The position numbers were made by a program, and so were the translations under genes. From contig CACMJG010000002.1 of NCBI GenBank assembly GCA_902613995.1, positions 74,922-138,921 of the forward strand: a stretch of DNA of 64,000 nt, written 5' to 3'. Source of the DNA: an uncultured Alphaproteobacteria bacterium. Lineage in GTDB: Bacteria; Pseudomonadota; Alphaproteobacteria; Methylaequorales; Methylaequoraceae. Below, piece after piece: positions 31,859 to 42,992 of the stretch (position 1 is the stretch's first letter; each line of letters opens with the position of its first letter). The notes beneath the pieces are model-generated. The model was not told where the DNA came from. It saw nothing but the letters and a program-made list of their open reading frames with translations, and did not search any database.

Positions 31859-32734
31859 TTAAACAGCTTCTGCACCAGAAATTATTTCAATTAACTCTTT
31901 TGTAATAAGAGCTTGTCTCGACCTGTTATAGAATAGTGTTAAATTGTCTATCATGTCATTTGCGTTTCTCGTTGCGTTATCCATTGCGGTCATTCTCGAT
32001 CCTTGCTCACTTGCTAGGTTTTCCAGGAGAGCAGTATGTATTTGTATTGCAATATTTTTAGGAATTATTTCATTCAAAATTTCCTCTTCACTTGGTTCAA
32101 AATCATAAGATTTATTTGAACTATTGTTATCGCTTGTTTCTAGTGCGTTTAGTGGGAGAAGCTTTAGAGATTGTACAGTTTGAGAAATTGCACTTTTGAA
32201 TTCGGTATATATTAAATAACATTCATCCATTGAATCATTTCGGAAAAGTTCCAAAATTTTATCTCGTAAAGAACTTGCTAACTCAAATTTAATAGACGGA
32301 TTAGCAATATCGGAAAATAAGTCCAGAATAGATTCACCGCAAAATCTCTGAAGAGATTGGTAAGCTTTCTTTCCTACAAATATGTAACTGACTTGCCCCC
32401 CATCATTAATTATTTTTTCTGATAGTTTTTTTGAAAATTTTATTATTGAACTATTGAATCCTCCGCATAACCCTCTGTCAGCAGAACAAACTATGAGCAG
32501 TATGTTTCTAGTTTTTTTTGTTTTTTTTTCTGAAAACTCAAATTCTTTTGATTTATTATTTTCAACCAAAGAATTTACAATATCACTCATTTTTCTTGCA
32601 TATGGTCTGGTTTTCTCTGCATTATCTTGTGCTTTTTTTAATTTAGCTGCTGCAACCATCTTCATTGCAGAGGTAATTTTTTTGGTTGACTTAACACTGG
32701 ATATTCTGTTTCTTAAATCTTTAAGACTTGGCAT
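31859..32734 (-). CDS. atpG: ATP synthase F1 gamma subunit.
   Basis: [17 protein letters not shown]...[13 protein letters not shown]. Confidence 0.95.
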   Translation of the reverse strand: MPSLKDLRNRISSVKSTKKITSAMKMVAAAKLKKAQDNAEKTRPYARKMSDIVNSLVENNKSKEFEFSEKKTKKTRNILLIVCSADRGLCGGFNSSIIKFSKKLSEKIINDGGQVSYIFVGKKAYQSLQRFCGESILDLFSDIANPSIKFELASSLRDKILELFRNDSMDECYLIYTEFKSAISQTVQSLKLLPLNALETSDNNSSNKSYDFEPSEEEILNEIIPKNIAIQIHTALLENLASEQGSRMTAMDNATRNANDMIDNLTLFYNRSRQALITKELIEIISGAEAV

Positions 32735-34271
32735 TGTTTTCCTCCAAAAACTCTTTTACTACTTTTTCAACGAAATTACCCAACTTACTGTCAAGTTCAT
32801 CGTTAATGCTCTGCTCTTTTTTAATAGATTCTAAAAGTTGTTTCCCTTCATTTCGAATTTTTTTTAAAAGATACTTTTCGAACCTTGTAATATCATTAAT
32901 AGAAATTTCATCAAGATGGCCTCTTACTCCTGAGAATATTACAACAACTTGTTCTTCAACTTTTAAAGGAGCATATTGTGGTTGTTTAAGTATTTCAGTT
33001 AACCTTCTTCCTCTTTCAAGTAGATTTCTCGTAGATTGGTCTAGATCAGATGCAAATTGCGAAAAAGCTTCCATTTCCCTAAATTGTGCCAGATCAAGTT
33101 TAATTGAACCTGAGACTTGTTTCATTGCTTTTATTTGGGCTGCAGATCCAACACGGCTCACAGATAAACCTACGTTCACGGCAGGTCTGATTCCTTTAAA
33201 AAACAGTTCGGTTTCTAAAAAGATTTGGCCGTCAGTTATTGAGATAACGTTCGTTGGAATATAAGCAGAAACGTCACCCGCTTGTGTTTCAATGACGGGT
33301 AGCGAAGTTAATGATCCCAAACCACTTTTTTCTCCCATCTTTGCAGCTCGTTCTAGTAATCTTGAATGAATGTAAAATACATCACCGGGGAAAGCTTCTC
33401 TTCCAGGTGGTCTTCTAAGTAAAAGAGACATTTGTCTATAGGCTACAGCTTGTTTAGATAAATCATCATAAAAAATTACAGCATGCATTCCATTGTCTCT
33501 GAAATATTCCCCCATGGCACAGCCTGTGTAAGGTGCGAGGAACTGAAGTGGAGCAGGATCAGACGCGGTTGCAGCAACCACAATAGAGTATTTCATTGCA
33601 TCATTATCTTCGAGGGTCTTTACTATCTGTGCAACTGTAGATCTTTTTTGTCCTATAGAAACATAAATACAATATAATTTTTTTGATTCATCATCTGAAT
33701 TGTTTATTTCTTTTTGATTTATTATTGTATCGACTATTACTGATGTTTTTCCGGTTTGACGGTCACCTATAATTAATTCGCGTTGACCTCGCCCAATTGG
33801 TATTAAGCTGTCTATTGCTTTTATTCCGGTTTGCATTGGTTCATGAACTGATTTTCTCGGAATAATGCCAGGTGCTTTTAATTCTGCACGCCTGTAAACG
33901 ACATCTTTAAGAGGACCTTTTCCATCAATAGGGTTTCCAAGTCCGTCAACAACTCTTCCTAATAAATCTTTTCCAGTTGGAACTTCAACAATTGAATTTG
34001 TTCTCTTAACAACGTCCCCCTCTTTGATGGATTTATCACTACCGAAAATAACAACTCCAACATTATCATCCTCTAAATTGAGGGCCATTCCTTTTACCTT
34101 TCCTGGAAATTCAACCATCTCTCCAGCTTGTACGTTGTCTAATCCATAAACTCTTGCAATACCGTCGCCTACTGTCAAAACGGTGCCAACCTCAGAAATG
34201 GTTGGATCGTTGTCAAGATTTTTGATTTCAGATTTTAATATCGCTGAGATTTCAGATGCATCAATTGTCAT
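32721..34271 (-). CDS. atpA: ATP synthase F1 alpha subunit.
   Basis: [10 protein letters not shown]-loop and 516-aa length. Confidence 0.97.
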   Translation of the reverse strand: MTIDASEISAILKSEIKNLDNDPTISEVGTVLTVGDGIARVYGLDNVQAGEMVEFPGKVKGMALNLEDDNVGVVIFGSDKSIKEGDVVKRTNSIVEVPTGKDLLGRVVDGLGNPIDGKGPLKDVVYRRAELKAPGIIPRKSVHEPMQTGIKAIDSLIPIGRGQRELIIGDRQTGKTSVIVDTIINQKEINNSDDESKKLYCIYVSIGQKRSTVAQIVKTLEDNDAMKYSIVVAATASDPAPLQFLAPYTGCAMGEYFRDNGMHAVIFYDDLSKQAVAYRQMSLLLRRPPGREAFPGDVFYIHSRLLERAAKMGEKSGLGSLTSLPVIETQAGDVSAYIPTNVISITDGQIFLETELFFKGIRPAVNVGLSVSRVGSAAQIKAMKQVSGSIKLDLAQFREMEAFSQFASDLDQSTRNLLERGRRLTEILKQPQYAPLKVEEQVVVIFSGVRGHLDEISINDITRFEKYLLKKIRNEGKQLLESIKKEQSINDELDSKLGNFVEKVVKEFLEENNAKS

Positions 34272-34286
34272 TAATTTTACCTTTCA

Positions 34287-34829
34287 TTAAATTTCAAATT
34301 CCGTTAGTTTTGACTTAATAGAATTATCAATCATTATAGACTTAATTTTAATTTTTATCCCCCCTATAATCTCTTTATCTATTATTTTTGTAAGCTTAAT
34401 TTTCAATTTTAAAGATTCAGACAGTTTTGTTTTTAATTTTTTTTCTACTTCTTTTTGTAAAGGTTCAGAGGTTGTGACAATTATTTCTGTTAAACCATCT
34501 TTTAAATCAATTATCCTTTTATATTCATTTAAAATTTTTTCTTGCAGATTTATTTTACCATGCTTTGTTAAAACACTAATAAAACCTTGGAAAAACTGAT
34601 TATATGAAAAAGACTTACAAATTTTTTTCAAAACAAATGACTTTTTTTGCGAGTTAATTAGAGGGTTTTTTATAAAAGTTGATAAATCGTCGGAAGTTCT
34701 TAAAACTTTATTAAAATGCTCGAAATTCTCAGAAATTATTTTTAATTCGTTCCTGTCTTCAGATGACATAATAAGAGCATTAGCATATCTTTTACAAATC
34801 TCGTTTATGTTTTCAACGTTTTTAGTCAA
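34287..34829 (-). CDS. atpH: ATP synthase F1 delta subunit (OSCP).
   Basis: 180-aa product in OSCP position with RYANAL. TTG start. Confidence 0.85.
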   Translation of the reverse strand: MTKNVENINEICKRYANALIMSSEDRNELKIISENFEHFNKVLRTSDDLSTFIKNPLINSQKKSFVLKKICKSFSYNQFFQGFISVLTKHGKINLQEKILNEYKRIIDLKDGLTEIIVTTSEPLQKEVEKKLKTKLSESLKLKIKLTKIIDKEIIGGIKIKIKSIMIDNSIKSKLTEFEI

Positions 34830-34852
34830 GTCTATATCTTAGATTAAAGTTT

Positions 34853-34882
34853 GTTATTAGCATAAGAAAAGTTTCTTATCAA
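34853..34882 (-). promoter_or_regulatory. Candidate promoter for the atpHAGDC operon.
   Basis: On the minus strand, TTGATA with an 18-nt spacer and TAATAA, about 25 nt upstream of the atpH TTG start. Confidence 0.2.
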
Positions 34883-34894
34883 TATTTGAAATTA

Positions 34895-36874
34895 TTATAC
34901 AAAGTTTATTGGATCAACATCAATATATAATTTTAGACTAGTCGGACATTTAATATTAACAAAAAAGTTTTTAACTTTTTTTTGTAATGTTAAATTTTTA
35001 TTCATTTTTATTAAGATTTTATATCTGAAGAAAGAGTTTTTTTTGTAAAGAATTGCTGGGGCGGGACCAAATATTTCTATATTTTTAAAGTTGTCGTTAA
35101 TTTGTTTGTAAATTTTTTTTGAAAATTCAATAACAAGTTTTTCTTTTTTAGAAGAAAAAATTAATGACGTATAATTAGAATAGGGGGGTTGATTGTTCTG
35201 TTTTCTTGAGTTCAGTTCCCAATCTATAAAGAAATTATTATTTTTTTCCGTACATAGTTTGATTACAGGGTGATCCGGTTGCAAGGTTTGAATTAATACT
35301 TCACCATGTAGATTCTTTCTTCCGGCTCTTCCTCCAACTTGAACGATTTGTTGAAAAGTTTTTTCATATGACCTAAAGTCAAAATCATTCATCAAATTGT
35401 CTATATTGATGATTCCAACAGTTTTTAAGGATGGGAAGTTATGACCTTTGGATATAAGCTGAGTTCCTATTATAATATTTACTTTGTTTGAAACAATATC
35501 TGAAACAACGTTTTGAAATTTGGACGAACTGCTTATGATGTCGCTAGATAAAATGCATTTTTTTGCAACTGGAAATTTGTTTGATATAACTTCTGCGATT
35601 TTTTCAATACCCAAACCTGGAAAAATAAAAGTATTTTTTTGTTCACAAGAGGGACACAAATTATTAAATACCTCTTTGTGGTTGCAGTGATGACAAAGTA
35701 GATAACTTTTATTTTTAGAATGATTATGAAGTGCTAAAGATGTATTACAACTTTCGCAAACCTTCGAGTACCCACAATTTTTACATATTATGAATGGAGA
35801 ATATCCTCTTTTATTAATAAAGATTAAAGTTTGATGATTACTTTCAATATTTTTTTGTATTGAATTTGAAAGTTCATTGGAAATGATGCAATTTTCTTTT
35901 TTCATATCAATTATTTTAAAAACTGGAAGTTGAACGTTATTTACTCTTCTATAAAGTTTAAAATACTCATATTTTTTTAACTTTGAATTATGCGATGATT
36001 CCAATGAAGGAGTAGCTGAGCTTAAGATGACCATACAATTGGCGTTTTTTGCTCTGACTACCGAAAAATCCCTGGCGTTGATTATCAATTGCTCCTCTTG
36101 CTTATATGAACTATCATGTTCTTCGTCAATCACAATTAAACCAAGTTTATTGAAGGGTAGGAAGAGAGCAGACCTTGTTCCTATAATGAGTTTTTCTTCA
36201 TTCAAATTTACTTTTCCCCAAATTTCTTCTCTTATCTTTTTTTTAATAGATGAATGATAAACAGTGGGATTAATATCAAAATCATTTTTGATATCCTCTA
36301 CCCATTGAGTTGTAAGTATTATCTCTGGTACCAAAATTAAACACTGATATCCTTTGTTAATTACTTCTCTGACTTTGTGAAAATAAACTCTGGTTTTACC
36401 TGAACCTGTAACTCCTTCTAAAAGAATTACTTTAAATTTTTTGAATGTTATTTCGTCTATTTTGTGCACAACTTCCTCTTGATTTGAATTAAGTTTTAGT
36501 TTTTTTTCTTTAAATTTTTTAATGACTTTATTTTGCTTTAAATAGGTTTTAGATTCTCTCATTGGAAAATTTGATAAGAACATTTTTAAAATCATTGATG
36601 ATTGATTGCAGCTGTATTGTGAAATGAAATCTATGCTTTTCATAATTTCATTATTAAAGGATAAAGGATGAAGTACTTTATTAATTTCTTTAAGTGGTTT
36701 TTTTAAGGATGTTGATTTTATCAAATTGATTACAACACCAACAAGCACTTTGTTTTTAAAGTTTACCTCGACAAGAGCACCTTTAACGACAGCTTTGTGC
36801 GCTTCATTAGACTTTACTCCAGTATAATAAAAAGTTTTTTTAATTGGAAGAGGCAATAAAACTTCAAAAATCAT
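34895..36874 (-). CDS. priA: Primosomal protein N' (PriA helicase).
   Basis: Walker A GVTGSGKT, DEEH box, Cys-rich zinc-binding region CKNCGYSKVCESCNTSLALH...CHHC and helicase C-terminal motifs. Confidence 0.9.
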   Translation of the reverse strand: MIFEVLLPLPIKKTFYYTGVKSNEAHKAVVKGALVEVNFKNKVLVGVVINLIKSTSLKKPLKEINKVLHPLSFNNEIMKSIDFISQYSCNQSSMILKMFLSNFPMRESKTYLKQNKVIKKFKEKKLKLNSNQEEVVHKIDEITFKKFKVILLEGVTGSGKTRVYFHKVREVINKGYQCLILVPEIILTTQWVEDIKNDFDINPTVYHSSIKKKIREEIWGKVNLNEEKLIIGTRSALFLPFNKLGLIVIDEEHDSSYKQEEQLIINARDFSVVRAKNANCMVILSSATPSLESSHNSKLKKYEYFKLYRRVNNVQLPVFKIIDMKKENCIISNELSNSIQKNIESNHQTLIFINKRGYSPFIICKNCGYSKVCESCNTSLALHNHSKNKSYLLCHHCNHKEVFNNLCPSCEQKNTFIFPGLGIEKIAEVISNKFPVAKKCILSSDIISSSSKFQNVVSDIVSNKVNIIIGTQLISKGHNFPSLKTVGIINIDNLMNDFDFRSYEKTFQQIVQVGGRAGRKNLHGEVLIQTLQPDHPVIKLCTEKNNNFFIDWELNSRKQNNQPPYSNYTSLIFSSKKEKLVIEFSKKIYKQINDNFKNIEIFGPAPAILYKKNSFFRYKILIKMNKNLTLQKKVKNFFVNIKCPTSLKLYIDVDPINFV

Positions 36875-36934
36875 ATAAAAATTATAACAAAATTTTTTAT
36901 CAATATATTGTTTAATATGTTTAATGAAATATGA

Positions 36935-37603
36935 TTGTGTCTAATGATTAGAAAAAAAATTAAAAATGAACAAGTCCTTGACTTTCTTGAAAAAAATCCA
37001 GATTTTTTTATTAACAATCCAAATGCATTAGAAAAAATTAATTTTCCATTAAAAAATAATGCTGAATACGATGATAAATCAAAAGTTGTTCCTTTCAAAG
37101 ATTGGATTATTGAAAATTTAAAAGATGTTCAAAAAAATATTATAGAAAATGCTCACCACAACTTTTTAACTCAACAAAAAATACATGAGGCTGTAATAAA
37201 AATTCTCAGAATTGATAACGTCAAAGATGTATTTGTTTTTTTGAAAGATGGTTTGCCAAGTAAATTTGATCTAGAGATAATTAATATCGTTACAAGCAAT
37301 AAAATTATTTCAAAAAAATATAATCTTATTTATAAAAATGAAGAAACAATAAAAAAAGTCTATGGGAAAAAAAATCAACTAATAATGGATGCTGTTGATA
37401 ATCAATTACAAATATTTGAAGAATTTAATCAAGATATTTACTCGAATGCCATTTATTCTCTAGGTCACGAATTCTTTGTGAGCTCTTCTCTGTTAGTTTT
37501 TGGAAGTAAAGACAAACATTTTTTGAATAATAAAGCCTACGATTTTATTTTATTTTTTTCGAATATTGTTGAAGAAAAACTTAAACAATTTTCAGATGAA
37601 TAA
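36935..37603 (+). CDS. DUF484-family protein.
   Basis: N-terminus VLDFLEKNPDFFINNPNALEKINFP matches the DUF484 signature. It sits immediately upstream of and overlapping xerC, the conserved pairing. The start is probably ATG 36944 (MIRKK). Confidence 0.65.
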   Translation: MCLMIRKKIKNEQVLDFLEKNPDFFINNPNALEKINFPLKNNAEYDDKSKVVPFKDWIIENLKDVQKNIIENAHHNFLTQQKIHEAVIKILRIDNVKDVFVFLKDGLPSKFDLEIINIVTSNKIISKKYNLIYKNEETIKKVYGKKNQLIMDAVDNQLQIFEEFNQDIYSNAIYSLGHEFFVSSSLLVFGSKDKHFLNNKAYDFILFFSNIVEEKLKQFSDE

Positions 37604-38504
37604 ACAAATAAAAAAAATTTTTGATAATTGGAAATCATGGATAGAAAATGAGAAAAGACTTGCTTTTAATACGTCTCAGTCTTACTGCATTGATTTACAA
37701 TCTTTTTTAAATTTTTTGAGTAATCACAATAATTTAAATATTGACCTAAAAATAATTATTAATGTGGATGAGGATGATCTCTCTGGCTGGTTTTATGAAA
37801 GGTTAAAAAAAGGATGTAGTCATAGATCTAACGCGAGAGCTTTATCTTCATTAAAAAGTTTTTTTACTTTTCTAATTACAAAAAAAATAATTCAAAGTTC
37901 AAAAATATTCAGAATTAAAGGACCAAGATTTTTAGAGTCTTTGCCTAGGCCTTTGACTGAAAGTCAAACATTAAAACTTTTGGATGATATAAAAACTGAG
38001 AAAGATAAGTGGATTATGATGAGAAACCTCTCAGTGTTAGTTCTCATGTGGGGATATGGTTTAAGAATCAGTGAAGCACTTAACTTAAAATTAAAGGATA
38101 CTTATATGGAGGACATAAGAATTATAGGAAAAGGGGGGAAAGTTAGAACAATACCAATAGCAACAGAAATTCAAATTTTTATAAAAAAAATGATTAAAGA
38201 ATGTCCTTATGAGTTTAAGCCAGATGACTTTATTTTTTTGGGAAAAAAAGGAGGAAAATTAAAGCCAGAGATAATTCAAAGACTGGTTAGAAAAATTCGA
38301 TATAGGTTGGTATTACCTGAGAACACAACTCCTCATTCTTTGCGACATACTTTTGCTACAGAACTTTTACAAAATTTTGTAGATTTGAGATCGATTCAAG
38401 AACTTCTTGGTCATTCTTCATTATCTACTACTCAAAAGTACACTTCTGTAAACAAGGATTACTTGCGAGAGATCCTTGAAAAAAATCATCCAAGTACAGA
38501 TTAG
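37596..38504 (+). CDS. xerC: Tyrosine recombinase XerC.
   Basis: RHTFATELL...LGHSSLSTTQKYT catalytic region with R..HxxR..Y. ATG 37596 overlaps DUF484 by 8 nt. The track opens at an upstream alternative start. Confidence 0.85.
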   Translation: MNKQIKKIFDNWKSWIENEKRLAFNTSQSYCIDLQSFLNFLSNHNNLNIDLKIIINVDEDDLSGWFYERLKKGCSHRSNARALSSLKSFFTFLITKKIIQSSKIFRIKGPRFLESLPRPLTESQTLKLLDDIKTEKDKWIMMRNLSVLVLMWGYGLRISEALNLKLKDTYMEDIRIIGKGGKVRTIPIATEIQIFIKKMIKECPYEFKPDDFIFLGKKGGKLKPEIIQRLVRKIRYRLVLPENTTPHSLRHTFATELLQNFVDLRSIQELLGHSSLSTTQKYTSVNKDYLREILEKNHPSTD

Positions 38505-38505
38505 T

Positions 38506-39030
38506 TTATGAAGTTTCGTATCTAAAGGTGAGTTTCATCTCACCGGCAACTTTTACCATTTGTGACAAGCATTGAGGAGCGTTTTCATCTCTTATAGATA
38601 TAGCGAATCTACAAATATATTGGGTTTTTTCACTGAAAGTGATTTTTTCAGTATTCATTCTTATTATCAAAGCATTATTTTCATTAAGCGTCTTGATTAT
38701 TTTGTTAAGAAGACCCTTTTGATCTTCGCCGGATAATACCACGCGATGGGTAATTTTTGTCGTCGGTCCACCGTCAGAAAAAGCTTCTAAAGGTTTTACT
38801 TGGAAATCGCCATTTTTAGCTGATTGAAGTTTCTCAAGCTCGGACCTTATTTCGTTAATTTCTATTTTTTCTGATTTGTGGTAAACCATTGTCAACTCAC
38901 ATACCCTTCCAAGTGTAGCAAATGTAACTCCAGAAAATTCACCACCTTTATCTGTAAGGTAAGAAGTTATTTCTGATATTAGGTTTGGTTTGTTTTCACC
39001 AAGAAAGGAAATTATTGCACTTGAACCCAT
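38506..39030 (-). CDS. Tandem ACT-domain regulatory protein (GcvR-like).
   Basis: 174-aa product with two ~80-aa ACT-like halves, each beginning with a beta-strand plus Gly-rich loop (IISFLGENKPNLISEITSYL; RVVLSGEDQKGLLNKIIKTL). Confidence 0.5.
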   Translation of the reverse strand: MGSSAIISFLGENKPNLISEITSYLTDKGGEFSGVTFATLGRVCELTMVYHKSEKIEINEIRSELEKLQSAKNGDFQVKPLEAFSDGGPTTKITHRVVLSGEDQKGLLNKIIKTLNENNALIIRMNTEKITFSEKTQYICRFAISIRDENAPQCLSQMVKVAGEMKLTFRYETS

Positions 39031-39032
39031 TT

Positions 39033-39908
39033 TTAAATTTTCATAGCCTTTCTCATAGCATCTCCAATAGAAGTAATGGTATCAGCAACAGTAACGCCTG
39101 CAGATTTTAAAGCTTCTTTTTTTGCATCTGCGGTTTCTGCGCCACTATTAACAATTGCTCCAGCATGACCTAACTTTCTACCTTTTGGAGCAGCCGCACC
39201 AGCAACAAATGCTGCAACTGGTTTTTTTGTTTTTCCACTCCAAGATTTTATAAACTCTGCTCCATCGATTTCAGCTGTTCCACCTATTTCTCCTATTAAA
39301 ACAATTCCGTCTGTTTCTTCGTCATCTAAAAACAACTCTAAGGCATCAACAAAATTTGTACCATTAACGGGGTCTCCACCTATACCAATTATCGTTGATT
39401 GTCCTAATTCTGATGTTTGAACAGCTGATTCATACGACAATGTTCCAGATCTAGAAACTACCCCAATTCTTCCAGGTTTACAAATATGCCCTGGAATAAT
39501 TCCAATTTTTCCAATTCCAGGAGTTAGTACACCTGGACAATTAGGTCCGACTAACCTTGTCTTACACCCTTTCATCTCTCTTTTTACTCTTTGCATATCG
39601 CTAGTAGGAATTCCGTCTGTAATACAAACAACCAAATCAAGTTCTGCTTCAACTGCTTCAAGTATTGCGTCAGCTGCAAAAGGAGGAGGAACAAAAACAC
39701 CACTTGCATTACATCCAGTTTTTTTTTTGGCTTCTGCGACTGTATTGAACACAGGAACATTAAGGTGTTTGGTACCACCTTTTTCAGGTGTAACACCACC
39801 AACAATATTGGTGTTATAATCTATTGCTCTTTCTGAATGAAATGTTCCCTGAGCCCCTGTAAATCCCTGACAGATAACTTTAGATTCTTTTGTTAGTAGA
39901 ACAGCCAT
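39033..39908 (-). CDS. sucD: Succinyl-CoA synthetase alpha subunit.
   Basis: [14 protein letters not shown], a phospho-His loop (GHAGAI) and SRSGTLSYE. Confidence 0.95.
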   Translation of the reverse strand: MAVLLTKESKVICQGFTGAQGTFHSERAIDYNTNIVGGVTPEKGGTKHLNVPVFNTVAEAKKKTGCNASGVFVPPPFAADAILEAVEAELDLVVCITDGIPTSDMQRVKREMKGCKTRLVGPNCPGVLTPGIGKIGIIPGHICKPGRIGVVSRSGTLSYESAVQTSELGQSTIIGIGGDPVNGTNFVDALELFLDDEETDGIVLIGEIGGTAEIDGAEFIKSWSGKTKKPVAAFVAGAAAPKGRKLGHAGAIVNSGAETADAKKEALKSAGVTVADTITSIGDAMRKAMKI

Positions 39909-41077
39909 TATCTATTTTCCTTAACCATTTTTACAACATCTTGTGCAGCTTGTTCCATAGTATCAACAGGTTTAATTGGAAATCCAGAATTTATTAGTAT
40001 TTCTTTACCCATATCTACGTTTGTTCCCTCAAGTCTAACTACTAGCGGTTTATTCAGTCCAACTTCTTTTGAAGCATTTACGAGCCCAGTTGCTATGTCG
40101 TTACACCTCATCATTCCACCAAAAATATTTATTAAAATACCCTGAACATCTGGATCTTTATAAATAAGTTTAAAGGCAGCTGCAACTCTTTCGGGTGTCG
40201 CAGCACCTGCAACATCCATAAAGTTTGCAGCTTCTCCTCCATAATATTTAATAATATCCATAGTAGCCATTGACAACCCCGCTCCATTAACCATTAACCC
40301 TATATTTCCATCCAATTTTACGTAATTTAAATCATGACGTGCTGCTTCTAACTCTAACGGGTCATACTCATTTTCATCTTTCATTTCTGCTACAACTCTT
40401 TGTCTGTAAAGTGCGTTATCATCGAAAGAAGCTTTGCAATCTAGAATTACTACATCTTCATTTTTTGTAACAGCAAACGGATTTATTTCAATCATAGCAG
40501 CATCCAGTGATACGAATGCTTTATAAATTGAGAGTATATTTTTTTGAGCTTTTTTAGCGACTGCTCCTTTTAGACCAAGATTATAAACTATCGTTCTTGC
40601 ATGATGGGTAAGCAAATCAGAACCTGGAGCAATTTTCATGTTATGTATTTCATCAGGAGTTTTCTCTGATACCTCTTCAATATTTACTCCGCCTTTTCTG
40701 GAATAAATAATAGTGTTTCCTCCTGTTTCTCTATCTACTGTGATACATAGATAAAGTTCTTTTTGGATGTCGTACCCTTTTTCTAAATAAACTCTTCTTA
40801 CTGTTTTTCCTGATTCTAAGGTTTGAGGTGTAATGATTTTCATTCCAATCATTTTGTCAACTGTTTTTACAACTTCTTCGTCTCCAGAACACACTTTGAT
40901 GCCCCCAGCTTTTCCTCTACCTCCAGCATGAACCTGAGCCTTTACAACAATTTTATCTTCGTTAAGCCAAGATACAATATTTTCCGCTTCGTGTGTTTGA
41001 TACACGACTTCTCCAGGAGGGATATTTACTCCAAATTTAGAAAGCAGTTGCTTTGCCTGATATTCGTGAATGTCCAT
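39908..41077 (-). CDS. sucC: Succinyl-CoA synthetase beta subunit.
   Basis: [13 protein letters not shown]-terminus and an ATP-grasp domain. Confidence 0.95.
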   Translation of the reverse strand: MDIHEYQAKQLLSKFGVNIPPGEVVYQTHEAENIVSWLNEDKIVVKAQVHAGGRGKAGGIKVCSGDEEVVKTVDKMIGMKIITPQTLESGKTVRRVYLEKGYDIQKELYLCITVDRETGGNTIIYSRKGGVNIEEVSEKTPDEIHNMKIAPGSDLLTHHARTIVYNLGLKGAVAKKAQKNILSIYKAFVSLDAAMIEINPFAVTKNEDVVILDCKASFDDNALYRQRVVAEMKDENEYDPLELEAARHDLNYVKLDGNIGLMVNGAGLSMATMDIIKYYGGEAANFMDVAGAATPERVAAAFKLIYKDPDVQGILINIFGGMMRCNDIATGLVNASKEVGLNKPLVVRLEGTNVDMGKEILINSGFPIKPVDTMEQAAQDVVKMVKENR

Positions 41078-41167
41078 TCTTTAATTTCCAAAATTTAATA
41101 AATCTAAAGCATTTCAATTTGTTACATAATTATTACATAAGCGGCTAGCATATTTGAATTTAAAGGA

Positions 41168-42115
41168 TTACACCAGTAATTTTTTACATTTTTTTACCAA
41201 TTGCTCAACAGCCTCAACTGATTTTTGAAATTCTTTTTTGGATTGATTTGATAAATCCAGTTCAATGATTTTTTCAATACCTTTTTCCCCTATTATCACT
41301 GGTACACCAACAAAGAGTCCTTTTACTCCATATTCCCCATTTAAAAAAGCAGAACAAGGTAATATTTTTCTTTGGTCGTAAAGATAAGATTCAAGCATTT
41401 CTACAGCACTGCATGCAGGTGAATAGAAAGCTGAACTATTTTTCATTAATGACACAACCTCCCCCCCTCCGTTTCGTGTTCTATCAACAATTTGTTCTAA
41501 TTTTTCTTTTTTAATATTACTTCTTTCAATAAATTTTTTAATTGGAATACCTCCAACAGAAGTAAAATCCAAAAGAGGTACCATTGTGTCTCCGTGTCCT
41601 CCAAGAACCATTGTTTGAATACTTTCTACAGAAATATTTAACTCTTGTGATAAGAAAAATCTAAATCTGGCTGAGTCTAAAATTCCTGCCATCCCTGTGA
41701 TCATATTTGGTTTTATTCCTGAAATCTCCCTTAAACTCCATACCATCGCATCTAAAGGATTTGTTACACAAATAACAAATGACGATGGAGAAAATTTCTT
41801 AATAGCTTTTCCTATTTCATTCATGATAGAAAAATTTGTTTCTATTAAATCATCTCGGCTCATACCTGGTTTTCTTGCAATCCCAGCTGTTATAATGATC
41901 ACTGCACTATCTTTAATTGCTGAAATGTCAGTTGTTCCCTCGATTTTTATGTTTAGATTCTCAATTGGAAGACTCTGGGAGAGGTCAAGACACTTTCCTT
42001 TTGCAAGACCCTCCACCACATCAACCATTGTTATAGGACCAATTTGTTTACGACTTAAGTTGTAGGCTAATATTGTCCCAATATTTCCAGCGCCTATTAG
42101 ACTGATTTTGTTCAA
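41168..42115 (-). CDS. mdh: Malate dehydrogenase (LDH-like type).
   Basis: KISLIGAGNIGTILA Rossmann motif, ITAGIARKPGMSRDDL and the catalytic His region. Confidence 0.9.
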   Translation of the reverse strand: MNKISLIGAGNIGTILAYNLSRKQIGPITMVDVVEGLAKGKCLDLSQSLPIENLNIKIEGTTDISAIKDSAVIIITAGIARKPGMSRDDLIETNFSIMNEIGKAIKKFSPSSFVICVTNPLDAMVWSLREISGIKPNMITGMAGILDSARFRFFLSQELNISVESIQTMVLGGHGDTMVPLLDFTSVGGIPIKKFIERSNIKKEKLEQIVDRTRNGGGEVVSLMKNSSAFYSPACSAVEMLESYLYDQRKILPCSAFLNGEYGVKGLFVGVPVIIGEKGIEKIIELDLSNQSKKEFQKSVEAVEQLVKKCKKLLV

Positions 42116-42136
42116 AATTCCACCTTTGATAAGATT

Positions 42137-42985
42137 TTATATTATGTCCAAACCAATATCCACTGAATTAGCAGAATTGGTTATTTTTCCTGTAGAAATA
42201 TAATCTGCACCTAAATTTGAAAATTTTGAAATATTATTAATAGAAATACCACCAGTAATTTCAAATTCAATATTCTTGTTATTTCTTAGTTTTATACAGT
42301 TTTGTATCTCTTTAGGCCTCATATTATCGAGAAGAATATATTTGGCTCCCATACTAATTGATGTTTTAACTTCATCAATGTTTTCGCATTCAATTTGAAA
42401 TTTTTGTTTTTTTTTATTTAATTTTGATATTGCAGTTTCAATTTTTCCTAATGCCTTTATATGATTATCTTTTACAAGAATCTGATCAAACAACCCCATC
42501 CTATGATCAATGGCACCTCCAATAACTGTTGCATATTTTTCGAAGACTCTTAATCCAGGAGTTGTTTTCCTCGTATTTTTTAATTTGGTGTTAGTTGAAT
42601 TCATCGCCAAAATAAATTTATGTGTAAGTGTTGAAATGCTAGAGAGGTGTTGTAAAAAATTAAGAACTGTTCGTTCGGTAGCCAAAATCACTTTTGAGTT
42701 TCCGGATATACTGAAGATTTTAGAATTTTTTTTTAATTTTGCTCCATCTTTATAAAAAGATAGAATTTTGATTTTGGGGAATTTCTTTTTAAAGAAGTAT
42801 CTAACGAACTCTGCTCCACATAAAATAATATTTTCTCTGTTTGATATTTCACATTTTAGTTCAGAACTATCATCTAGGAGATAATTTGAGGTAATATCAT
42901 TTTTTATACTTTTTCCATTAAGATCATTTTTTAGTTCATTGCAAAGTTTTTCAAAAGATTCTTTGAGAAGTTTCTTATCAGGCAC
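42137..42985 (-). CDS. nadC: Nicotinate-nucleotide pyrophosphorylase (quinolinate phosphoribosyltransferase).
   Basis: QPRTase fold of 282 aa (TRKTTPGLR...DNH...LDNM). It is adjacent to nadA. Confidence 0.85.
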   Translation of the reverse strand: MPDKKLLKESFEKLCNELKNDLNGKSIKNDITSNYLLDDSSELKCEISNRENIILCGAEFVRYFFKKKFPKIKILSFYKDGAKLKKNSKIFSISGNSKVILATERTVLNFLQHLSSISTLTHKFILAMNSTNTKLKNTRKTTPGLRVFEKYATVIGGAIDHRMGLFDQILVKDNHIKALGKIETAISKLNKKKQKFQIECENIDEVKTSISMGAKYILLDNMRPKEIQNCIKLRNNKNIEFEITGGISINNISKFSNLGADYISTGKITNSANSVDIGLDII

Positions 42986-42992
42986 AATATTT

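Noticed and set aside
32728-33264. 178-aa plus-strand ORF.
   Set aside because: It lies entirely antisense within atpA. It is low complexity and AT-codon-biased, so it is spurious.
36871-37098. 75-aa minus-strand ORF upstream of priA.
   Set aside because: It overlaps the DUF484 gene on the opposite strand, has a low-complexity Ile/Phe/Leu composition and no homology features. The region is better explained as the priA/DUF484 divergent promoter spacer plus the DUF484 5' end.
41078-41167. GCTAGC-containing segment between mdh and sucC, considered as a terminator or attenuator.
   Set aside because: It has no convincing stem-loop plus U-tract. It is more likely just the sucCD promoter and SD region.
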